From Podarcis liolepis (Eukaryota): DNA of 64,000 bases. This document shows positions 11,501 to 23,500 of this stretch, piece after piece. Location of the stretch: assembly GCA_965112155.1 (NCBI GenBank), contig OZ218099.1. One strand, written 5' to 3'. Both the position numbers and the translations under genes were made by a program. Each line of letters begins with the position of its first letter. Within the stretch, counting starts at the first letter, position 1. The notes beneath the pieces are model-generated. The model did no database searches and was not told the DNA's origin. It saw nothing but the letters and a program-made list of their open reading frames with translations.

Positions 11501-14500
11501 TTCATCTCGCTTTATTAGCTGAGGGAGCCAGCGTACAGCTTCTGGGTCATGTGGCCAGCATGACTAAGCTGCTTCTGGTGAACCAGAGCAGCGCATGGAA
11601 ACGCCATTTACCTTCCCGCCAGAGCTGTACCTATTTATCTACTTGCACTTTGATGTGCTTTCGAACTGCTAGGTTGGCAGGAGCAGGGACCGAGCAACAG
11701 GAGCTCACCCCATCACGGGGATTCGAACCACTGACCTTCTGATTGGCAAGTCCTAGGCTCTGTGGTTTAACCCACAGCACCACCCCGGCCCCATTCATAT
11801 GAACAAAGCCAAACAGCACTATATGATAGGAGTTAGTCAAGAGGGTTGGCTTACTGCTGTACAGTTCACATGTTTTATATATTCGAGCTAGTTCCCCACT
11901 GTTTCATGTTTAATAAGGACCCAGAGTTTTCTTCTCTGATTTTTAGAACAAAGTGACTGTCTTATTCTAGTAGCAATGTGCGGAAAGGGCTCTGTTCTAG
12001 AAAACTCTAGATGGACGAATGGTTCAGATGTAGGTAGGATCCTGTTTAAAAGGAGACAGTGTACTCCTGTCCCCTCTTTGCTCCTAACTCCTCTGTCAGT
12101 AAAAACTGATAATTAGTTATTCATATGAACACAAGACTAAGCCTGGGGTTAAGTGCTGGGTGCTATTGGGTGACAAGAGCAAGATCTGAAGTTCCCCTGG
12201 TTGTCAGTTACAGGCAAATCCAATCCAGTTGTAAAGAATGGTCAAATACTGAGTAAGGAGGGAGGCTTATCACACAGTTGCACTTTTCACCTAGAACAGA
12301 AACTTCTGTGTAAGGCAGATGCAAGCCAGCACAACTAGCCAAGTGTTAGCTGGTGGGACAGGCCTAGCCTATGCTGGGTGTCTCTTGGGGTAGATAACCT
12401 CCTTCCTCCTTCCTTTATTCCTGACTCCTGTACTTTTGTTCCGGCAGCTCCTGCTTCAATGGTGGCACATGCTTGGATGGAGTGAATTCGTACACATGCC
12501 ACTGCCGGGCTGGCTTCAAAGGATCCCACTGCCAGCATGAGATTGATGAGTGCCAGTCACAGCCCTGCCTCAATGGTGGCGTATGCCAGGATGGTGTGCA
12601 GTCCTACCGCTGTACCTGTCCTAAGGGCTACACAGGTTCTCAGTGCCAGGTAATCCACCCCAGGCCTCTGTCGAGGTTCAGGGTTTCTCTTGTTAAAGCC
12701 TGAGCCGCTAAGTTTGGATGGAGTTTACATCTTTTCAAAAAAAAGTACATATGCCTTGCAAACAGGCCCCTAGAGTGGTTGCAGTATGGAGACACCTAAT
12801 GGAGATGGATTGGGAAGGCGCCTGGGTTTCGTCATCGTTGGTGGGAGCTGGGTGCTTTTATTTTGCCACAAAATCTCTTGCCTTGTCATGCCCCCTCTAG
12901 ACCCTGCTGGATTTGTGTAGTCGCTCCCCCTGTCAGAATGGTGGCCGCTGTATGCAAACAGGCACTACCTTATCCTGTTCCTGCCCTGGAGGTTGGACTG
13001 GGCGTTACTGCGACATCCCCAATGTTTCTTGTGAAGTGGTGGCCAGGAACCGAGGTAAGGAAACATGCTCCAGGGGCGGTGAAACGGAAGCCCTTCTTCC
13101 TCATTTATTCTGCTATCTGCTTCCTCAGTGACCTTGATGACACATGTTTGTCATCCAGGCTCCCCAGCATTATCAGCTTATGCTCACTGGCAAAGCTGGT
13201 ACAGGACTTCCAGAGTTGACACAGAGAATGTTACTTGCCTTCCGTGATGCGGGGACAATGCCCTTGGGTTCACTGGTGCTCCAATCAATATTTCAGACGG
13301 CTATTCCCAGTGGCGTTGGAAACTAAAAATGCTCAACGTTTGAAGTCAATTTTTCCATGCTTCTAGGGGGCAGAATAAAAGCTGCAAATGTTGTTGCAGA
13401 AGTGGTAGTTCTGTATATGAAACTCTGTAATAATTTCAAAATGGTGTGATAATGGCTGAGGGCAATGGAGAGTTGGTCTGGATTCCCTGGTCCTGCTATG
13501 GTACTGGAGCACGTTGCATGTTCTGTCACAATTTAACCTCTATTATCAAGACTCTAAAGAGGCTTTTTTTTTACATTTTACAGAAATGTAAATTAAAATC
13601 TGACTTAGGAAACATTGGGATATGTTGTGCTTCCCCAATAAAGTGTCCTTTAAATTGAGGTGGGCAATAAAGTTTAGTGCTTGGAGGAAGCCCTTGGGTT
13701 CTGTTCTTATGACCAACTTGCTTGTACAATGTTGCTTCAGTCTTCACTTACCCTGCTTTTAGTCACTTTGTCTAATCATCCTTTGGAAGCAGGAGGGCAG
13801 AATATGTGGCAGTACACAATGTGTAATTTGCTTTTCCGTACAATAGGTGTGACCAAAGAGCAAGTGTGTCATTACGGCGGCCGTTGCGTGGATGCTGGCA
13901 ATACTCACTACTGCATTTGCAAAAAAAGCTACACCGGCAGCTACTGTGAGAGTGAAGTGGACCACTGCCAGTACAACCTGTGTCGAAATGGGGGTACCTG
14001 TCGCAGTTTTGTGGGAGACTACGTCTGTGAGGTGAGGGAGTCCTTGCAGCCAGGAACAGGCCAGGGTTCCTGGTGTCTCTTCAGAACTCTGGGAAACCTG
14101 GTAACATTTAATGATGAGTTGTTGAATGTCCAGTGAACAATTGCAAAATAAGATAAGAAAATGGCACAAATCTGCAACTTATTTTCCCAGTAATTAAAAA
14201 AAAAAAAACAACCACGAAAACCCCTCTATTTTCTTCCAAAGTTTTATTTCGTTGAAATATCGATATGGATTATAATTGTTTTCCCACTACTGCAACCTTC
14301 CTTACTTTCGGTGTCAATTCCTATTCGATGGCTGGTCAGATTGGTTGAACTTCCACCATGTCTTACAAAATCCATACATCTTTAGTTTTATTCTTTGCCA
14401 CATCATTGTTGCATATCAGCAATGAAGTCCATTGTGTTGTTTCTCAAATTCTCTGTAAGAGTTTTTTCTCATCACGCCAGGCACAGCCAAACCCATATTT

Positions 14501-17500
14501 ATATGCCCTTGTGGGGGATGCAGAGAGTTGTGTTATGTGTAGAAAACAGCCTGCCCTACAAAGTAAAATTTACGGTCATTTCTCCACCCATTTTTGCCTT
14601 TGTGGCTCCACCCACCACATGACTACTGGAAGGTTGCTCAGAAGGGAATGTAGCCATCAGACTGGAGAAGGTTCACTATCTATGGTCTAGAGATGTTGAA
14701 GAAGTACAGCATTACACAGGAACCAAACAGAAATGATACACATTTTTTGTTCATCCACAAGAGCTGCAGGTTTTCTAACAACATATGTTAGCCATGATCT
14801 TGTGATACAGTTTCATAATTATGTTTAATGTTTGTTCTTGCTATGTATTTTCCTTCCTTTTTATGAAGCCAGACTGATCTATTTGTATAAATCTTGGAAT
14901 AATTTGCCATAGTCTTATTTGCGCAAAGTCCCATTGAAGTTTAACAATCTCAATTTGGACAAGAAAGAGGATGGTGCAACTTGAAGGAACTTTCCCTTCC
15001 TTATGAAATTGTACTAGTTTTACTTGATTTTACACATCAATAATAGTACAGTTTAACAAACAAAACATAAATTTTAATGGAACCAAGAGCAGGAAACCTT
15101 TTCAAGGATGCAAGGCTTCAGCCTTTCTGGCCCCTTTGTGCTCATTGCTGTTTTGTCTTGTTTGCTTCTCTTCTACTCCAGTGCCCGCTAGGGTTCGAGG
15201 GGAAAAACTGTGAGTATGACATTGATGAGTGTCAGTCACACCCCTGCCAGAATGGAGGGACTTGCATTGATCTTGTTGGCCGCTACATTTGCTCCTGTCC
15301 ACCTGGAACTCTGGGTAAGTGCTCCTTGGTAAAGGGAGACCTTTACCAGTATTACCTGTCGGAGGAAAGTAGCAGACTGGGGAAAGGATTTAAGTTCTTA
15401 TGGCACAGGTTTTTATTGTTGGATTTGCAGTTTTGTTGAAGAATAGTGAAAGGGAGCTCCCAGGCCTCTTTTTGAGGGAGGACAGCTTCAGCAACAGTGC
15501 CCAGGGCAATGGATAGATGGATGTTGACTCACTGTTGGGCACCGTAAAGGGCGAGGAATCTTGTTTTTTCCACAGAGACAATGCAAGGATTGTGAGGAGG
15601 AGGAAGAGGTTTGTCTTCCCTGAGTCTGGATGTTTAATGTGATTGCGTGTTTGTCATCTCTCTAGGTGTCTTGTGTGAAATAAATGAAGATGATTGTGCT
15701 ATGAATCCTGGCTCCCGGGTCCCCAAATGCCTCAACAATGGGACATGTGTGGACAGAGTTGGTGGCTACCGATGCAGCTGCCCACCAGGTTTCACAGGCG
15801 AGCGCTGTGAGGGAGACATCAATGAGTGCCAGGCCAACCATTGCCACCCACGCAACACGCTTGATTGCGTCCAGGAAGCCAGTGACTACCACTGCATTTG
15901 CAAGCCAGGCTACACTGGTGAGTGGCAGTGTGTTCTCTTTTCATGTGGCTGATGTGTGCAAGGGGCAAGGGAGAGTGTGCCCAAAGCGGACCCCAGTGAT
16001 GTGTAGAGGAGCCAGGCTCAAGGGCTGCAAGTAGGAAGACTCTCCCCTGGAAAGAAGTTAGGAGTTCATCTTCAACCAAGTGGGTGGAGGGGAATCCAAC
16101 TGTGCAGCTAAATGCATATTTGTGATCTAAAACAAAGATTGGAATGGTGACTGGGTGAGATGGGCCTCTTTGGCCATTTCAGTGAGCAAATATGAGCTTT
16201 GAGAACTAGTGCTAAGATGCAAGGCCAAATATAGCAGGGTGGTGGTCTTTGGGGCTAGGTTCTGTTGGAATCCATCAGTAATACTCTTGTTTTTCACATC
16301 CTCAGGCCGCCATTGCAAGAACATTGTGAATGCATGTGACTCTCAACCTTGCCAGAATGGTGGGAAGTGTAATCCGGCAGTCAACCTGCCTCTAGGCTAC
16401 ACCTGCCACTGTCCCCGGGTGAGTCCCCTACAACACAGCTGCTTACAGCAAGTGGCTAATGCAACTCCTATACACAAACATTGCAAGGGGCTAGGCGAGG
16501 GAGAGAAAGGAAGACTGCGGTTGGGAGGATTAGGTGGGGGAACCGTTAGGTTGACATGTTGGTGTTGTGCTATGAATGAGTTTCAGTACCTGTTAGGACA
16601 AGGTTTCTGTCTGGGAGGCTTTTTGGAGGTAGAGAGTTTAGTGTCCTCCAATGCAACGCTTGTCATGGAAGGAGTTTCTGCTTGGGAGTGGCAGGAAACA
16701 ATTCTGCTGCATGATCTTGTGGGAATTCTGGTTGTGAAACCTGCAAGAGAAGTTTGATGCACTGCCATAACACAATGCAGAAGTCTAATATTGGATAATA
16801 AGGGGAGATGGTGTTGGTGAATGGTGCCCAGTACTGGAGGATGGTGGGGTGTGGGAAGGTACTTCTTGAGGGCAGGTTATGGGTGCTGGGCCTTGAGATT
16901 TGTGGAGGGAAGAATTTACTCACCAGGCTGAGCGCTTGTAAGAGAGCAGCTATGGTGCCAGAGGCTTTCTGTTGTTAGGCCAGCAGTTGGAGCGATTTGA
17001 GGGCTTGGCCGGCTTTCCAATCCTAACTCTGCTTGTTATTCTTTTCCAGGGTTATTCAGGCATCCGCTGTGAGCGCATGCTCTCCTGCCGGGAACTCTCC
17101 TGCTTCAATGGTGGCAGCTGCCGGACCACAGCGCTGGGTCCTCGCTGCTCCTGCCTGCCTGGGTGGGCTGGACCGGAATGCCGCCTGCATGCCAACAGCA
17201 GCTGTGCCAGCATGCCCTGCCACAATGGGGGTGCTTGCCATGAGACTGCTGACCCCCCTTATTTTCAGTGCCTTTGTCTTGGTGACTACACGGGGTTTCG
17301 CTGCCAGACCCGCACTCTGAAGCTCCCTGAGGTCCACTGCCCGCTGAAGGAGTGTGCTGCAAAGGCCGGGGATTTCTACTGTGACAAGATGTGCAACAGT
17401 CCAGCCTGCCACTGGGATGGCGGTGACTGTTCCCTGCGAGTCGATGATCCCTGGAAGCAGTGCGAGAGCCCCCTGTGCTTGCAGCTCTTCAACAACAGCC

Positions 17501-20500
17501 AGTGTGATGAGATGTGCAACACTGCCGAGTGCCTTTACGACAACTTTGACTGCAAGAACCATGAGTCCAGCTGCAAGTGAGTCCTGCCACTGCCTCTTGA
17601 GTAGGGGAGGCATCTAGTTGTGTATACTGTACCAGAGACCCCTGGAATCAAGGGCCACCCCAACTAAATGAGGAACCAAGTCTTATTTTAGGCAGTGTAG
17701 GGGTGCTTTGCACAAACACGGGTGCTTCCACTGAGACCTATGAATTTATATCTGTCCCTTTGTCCGACACCAAACATGGCAGAGTCTTGGTATTGTTTGC
17801 ATGGATTCCTTCTATGTGTTCCACTTGACTAGCTCTGAGACTTGGCCATGTTAGCTGTGGGGTGTAGGAATCCGCTGCAGACCCATAATGCCTTGTGCCC
17901 TTTCCTCCTTAGGGCTTAACAAGGCACCAGTGAGCTGTATTGGCACAGGGTTGGTTATGACAGGCATGACTCAGTTCCTTCTCCTCCTCCTTCTTCCACA
18001 GCCCTGTCTATGAGAAATACTGCTCAGATCACTTTGCTGATGGGCACTGTGACCAGGGCTGCAACAACGAAGAGTGTGGCTGGGATGGGCTGGACTGTGC
18101 GCTGGAGGTGCCCGAGCGCTTGGCGGACGGCGTTCTGGTCATCACTGTGCTGCTACACCCTGACGAATTGCTCCGCACAAGCACCATCTTCCTACAGAAG
18201 CTGAGTTCCATTTTGAGAACCTCCTTGCGCTTCCGCCGTGACAAGGACGGTAACTTCATGATCAAGCCATATTACGGGTCTGGCAGTCGGACGCCGTATT
18301 ATGGATCTGGCGGTCGGCAACGCAGGGAACTGGAACAAGAGATTATTGGGTGAGTCACACAGAGTTGCTGAAGAAAAACAAGGAACTTTGGGGGTTCAGA
18401 GAGCTGCTTGGTGGTGGTGGTGGTGGGGTTATCGGACCCAGGCCTCAAGGAACATGGAGGGAGGGATATAAGAAGGTCCTGAATTGGAAGGAGAGGTAGT
18501 TGGGCCCAGAGGCTCAGCTAAACTACTTCCAACAGCCTTCACAGAATAGGGCAGCTGTGAAAAACAACAACTGTAGAACTGGCATACAAATCTGAGGGTT
18601 CTGAGGAAATACTAACAAATCCACAAAAACTGTTTTGGAGCTGATAACAGGATTATTTAGTGATAGATTTCCATAACTAGACGGGAATTCATTCAAGCGT
18701 TTTTAGATAACTTTATTATATTATTCAAGAACCGCTTCTGATGTCTAACTGCTTTCTTAGCCAAAGTACCAGAAGGTGGCTAATGAAATAAAAGAAGCAA
18801 GTGAGTGTCTGAGATAGTGGTGGATCTCTGGAAGCTTTAGGTTAATGCCAAGCAAGTGGGTTGCATGCATCGTTAAGAACAAACGGGGTAAATGTGATCT
18901 GCTTAGGAAGAGTCAGCCTGCATTTTGTAAGAAGAGATTGTCCTCCACAAATACATTAGGATTATTAAAGCTGCTGATAGGATCTTGGGTGGTCTTTTCC
19001 TTGATGTGTGTATTTGGAAGTGCCCATTCTAAAATTCAGTGTGTAAAAAGCAACAGACCTTGTTTCCTGCCCCAAAGGATGAATGGGGAGCAGGACCTTT
19101 TGTGGAGCTGGCTGACTTGCCTTGTCCTAGGATTGTGTGTGCTACTAGATAAGGAGTTCTAGGCCCTCGTAACACTTGCTTCTTCCTCCAGGTCTGAGGT
19201 CACTCTTGAGATTGATAACCGACTCTGCTACCAGGCTTCAGACAAGTGCTTCCCTGATGCAGATAGTGCTGCAGACTACCTGGCTGCCCTGTCAGCGGTG
19301 GAGCGCCTAGAGTTCCCATACCCCCTCAAGGCTGTGCGAGGTGAGGGCAGCAGAGGAGTCATTTGCCGGAAGCAGAATTTGACTGGGTTTGGACTTTACA
19401 GGAAGGTCATGACAGGGTCTCCTAATAGGGCGGTATTGTTTCTACAGGTGAAAAGATCAAAGAGGAAGGCGAACTTAAGCTGGTGCCATTGCTGGTGGTG
19501 GCATGCCTGATTCTGCTGGTGATCCTGGTGCTGGGTGTGCTAGTAGCACGGCGCAAAAGAGAGCACAGCACCCTCTGGTTCCCTGAAGGCTTCAGTCTGA
19601 AGAAAGAGAGCAGCAATAAGAACCGGCGTGAGCCTGTGGGTCAGGATGCCCTAGGCATGAAGTAAGAGCCTTTCGTTCACCCAGAATGAAACCCCAGTTC
19701 CTGCAGCAGGTTTCAGCTTCTGCAGGAAATGGTCAGATATCTGTGGCTTGTACTTGCTCCCAATTGTGCTTTAGTTAGCTGATGGAGAACCTTTTCCTTC
19801 ATTTTGTGGTGTGGTGTGGGAAAGAGCAAGAGGGTGTAAGCCCATAGCCTTGGTGTTTGCCCTGCACTACTGTTTGACTTCACTGTGTATCTTTCCCCCT
19901 GCTGCAGGAATATTGGCAAAGGAGAGAGCCTAATACCAGACAGCTCAGAAGACTGGCTGGAAGAATGCCCAGAGGCCAAGCGACTAAAGGTATTCCTTTT
20001 GAGACTTTGCCTGGCTTAAGAAAGGGGATTCCAGCTCCTCACAAGAGCTACCCCACTGCCTCCCCCGCCCTTTCTCTTGGTGTCCGCAGGTATTACTCCC
20101 TGCATCAAACTACTGTGGGCCTGACTCATTAGTGTTTGCAAGCAGCAATGAAGTAGTTTGATGCACTAGGTGAATAGGCGCATATTATGTCTTTCCATAA
20201 TAGCTACAGGCCCGTGTTCATCCTTGCCAGGTGGAGGAGCCAGCCATAGATCGTGAAGACCCTGTGGACTGCCGTCAATGGACACAGCATCACTTGGTGG
20301 CAGCAGACATCCGCATGCCACCATCTATGGCCCTGACGCCACCCCAGGGTGAATTTGATACTGACTGCATGGACGTCAATGTCCGTGGACCAGGTAATTG
20401 GGAATGAGGGCAGCGAGTTGGGTCTGCGAGCTTTTGCAGACAGTGTCTGATGAACAGAATAGATCTGTTACTTCCTGTCTTCTGTAACAAGTCCCAACAT

Positions 20501-23500
20501 GTTTTGTTCTAATCCAGTATGTGGCACATGGGAGAGGAGAAACAGAGCAAATCTTTTAACAAAAGCCAAACACAACAGCAACAACCCTTGTTGGGATCTC
20601 CTTACAGATGGTTTCACTCCACTTATGTTGGCCTCCTTCCGTGGTGGTGGTGAAATGGAGACTGAACTGGCTGAGGAAGAGGAAGCAGATGACTCCTCTG
20701 CCAACATAATCTCGGACCTAATCTGCCAGGGGGCTAACCTGAGTGCCCAGACAGACCGCACAGGTGAAACTGCCCTGCATTTGGCTGCCAGATATGCACG
20801 GGCAGATGCTACCAAGCGCTTGCTGGATGCTGGCGCTGATACCAATGCACAAGACAACACAGGGCGCACACCACTTCATGCTGCCGTGACTGCTGATGCC
20901 CAGGGAGTCTTCCAGGTGGGTCTCACCCAATGGACTAGTGTGGCCTTTTAAATCCTGGACATAAATCCCCTTCCTCTGCCTTGCCCATGTTAACAGCATG
21001 CTCCAGTTCCCGTTTTAAGTGGAGAGCCACTGTGATGGTTACCACCTGGAAGTTATTCGTGTGTTATCCACTCATTACCTCTCTGGGGACAATATGAAAA
21101 GTTAGTTAGCCTGGCTGTACTTTGCATTGATAAGAGTGAATGGGAACCTAAGAACTGTACTTGAGGTGATAGTGTTACTGTGCACACGCTGCCTTGGATG
21201 GTGTGTGTTTTTGGCACCAACCTAACACACCAACATGTTCTGTTGCTAGATCCTGATCCGGAATCGATCTACAGACTTGGATGCCCGAATGGGGGATGGT
21301 TCAACAGCACTGATCCTAGCAGCCAGGCTGGCTGTTGAGGGCATGGTGGAGGAGCTGATTGTCTGCCACGCTGATGTCAACGCTGTGGATGAGATGGGTA
21401 CGTAACCCCCAGAGAGGCTGCGGGGCTGAGTTCTTTTACTTGGCTAGTCTGCGTTATGCTAGACTTCAGCGGGAGGCCTCCTCAGAACTACAACATGCAT
21501 TGCAAATGTATTCCAAATTAATTCCACAAATGCACTTGCTGAACATCCAGTCTGGTTGCCCTGGGCATTTCTCAAGCATCAGCAATTCACTTGGCCATTC
21601 TCCTGACTCTTGCTTCCCTCTCTAAGCTCCTTAGATGCATTCTGATGAGGCTCTGCAAGGCAAGAGCCACTGTCATCATAGAGGCCTGAGTGCCAGAGGT
21701 GGACGGAGCAAAAGGATGGATTACACACGTGACGAGTGTGGGATTATTATTTATCTCTCTCTCGTCACATTCTTGAGAGTCAATAGGACACCCCCTCTCT
21801 CTCTGCTACCTATTTTTTACTAGCTCTTCTTTTTTCAGTCTGCCTATTGAACTGCTGGAAAGGGGACAGAAAACCCTTGCCAGAACTGATTGGGTGCAGA
21901 GGATTTCCCTCTCCAAGCATCCATTGCTGACGTCCCTCTTCCCATACTCTCGCCCCCAGCCAGAGTTCTAAACTATTTGCTTGCAGAGGGCATCCCCTGC
22001 CCTTCCATCATTCCACCCATTTTGCCTTTTCCCATTCCAATCCACCACCCTGCCCTCCTTTCTCCTTCTCCCACCTGCATAAAAATAAGCCAAGATCCAT
22101 GTGTGGCCCTCGTTCCTGATGCATTAAGACAACGCCTTACTGTGTGGAGGGGTATTAAGAGAGTAGGGCATGGTCTTGGTGTGCAGGGTCGAAATGACAG
22201 AAGACCTTCTGGGGAACCTGCTGGTGATTCTGGGGACCCCGTAGCTACTTGACTCTTGCATGGACATTCATCTCCATAACAAAGCAGCTGATTTGCTGAG
22301 AGGACAAATCCAGAGTCTACAGAAGGTCCAGCATTAAAGCACAGAATGAGCAGCAACAGGCGAGGATGGTAGTGAGGAGCAAGGTGGTAGCTTTAGATTG
22401 AGGAGAGTTAGGGGAGCTGATGCAGCAGAATACTTCTAGTGGGATCTGAGACTCTGTATCAAAGAGAGAACTTACAGTAATCCTCATGGTGTCATTCCTC
22501 TCAGGTAAATCAGCCCTGCACTGGGCAGCAGCTGTCAACAATGTGGAGGCCACGATTGCGCTGCTGAAGAATGGAGCCAACAAGGACATGCAGGACAGCA
22601 AAGTAAGTTCTTTATTGCATTTGTTTTTCATGTGATGCTTTAAGTTTCATGTGTCCCCATAACTTGGCAGAATCACATCCGTTGCTGTAGGCTCCTTCTG
22701 ACAGGAGCAGCTCTTTCCATCCCTGTAAATGTCTTTAAGCTAGTCCTGGTGACTCCCCTGCCTGTATATGGTGGGGAGGTTTACAGGGAGGCAAGAAGCT
22801 CATGGCTCCTTTTCTAGAACGCTTTGTAGTATGTGCTCTTCATCACCCTGTCCTCTCTGCGGCAGGAGGAGACACCGCTGTTCCTGGCAGCCCGGGAAGG
22901 CAGTTATGAGGCAGCCAAAATCCTGCTGGATCACTTTGCCAACCGCGAAATCACAGACCACATGGATCGCCTGCCACGCGACGTGGCTCAGGAGCGCTTG
23001 CACCACGACATTGTCCGGCTTCTGGATGACTACAACACCGTGCGCAGCCCACAGGGGGCGTTGCCCGCCGGCCACTCCCTCTCCCCTCTCATGTGCCCTC
23101 CCAATAGCTTCTTGCCCAGCTTGAAGCCCACGCCACAGGGCAAGAAGAGCCGGCGCCCTAGCACCAAGAACGCGACGGCAGGCAGCAGCGCCAGCCTGGC
23201 AAGGGAGAGCAAAGAGGCCAAGGCACGTGCCAAGAAGCTCAACCTGGAGTGCCAAGGCTCTCTCCTGGAGAGCTCTGTCACCCTGTCTCCCGTTGACTCA
23301 CTGGACTCCCCCTATGTGCCCAACCCTGCCTCGCCAGGGGTCTTCCACCCAGCCAACTCCTCCCTGTCAGTGCCCTCCACTCCCATGGTCCATGGCATGA
23401 TGGAGGCGCCCTTTGCTGTCAGTCTGGCACGCCTGAGCGACCTAGGGGATGGCACCCTCCTCTCCATGAACCGCCTCTCAGTGCCACCAGGCCGCATGGG

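Noticed and set aside
14230-14560. Possible ancient L1-like ORF2 fragments on the minus strand (also ~33000-33200)
   Set aside because: Only weak motif resemblance; too decayed to call without a profile search
2398-17576. CADASIL-like odd cysteine numbers, frameshifts or non-canonical splice sites
   Set aside because: The EGF repeats as I read them keep six cysteines, all introns are GT-AG and the frame is continuous
21642-21690. CTGATGA-GGCTCT...AGAGCC hairpin as a hammerhead ribozyme or C/D snoRNA
   Set aside because: No GAAA after the stem, and C-to-D box spacing (~50 nt) is too short
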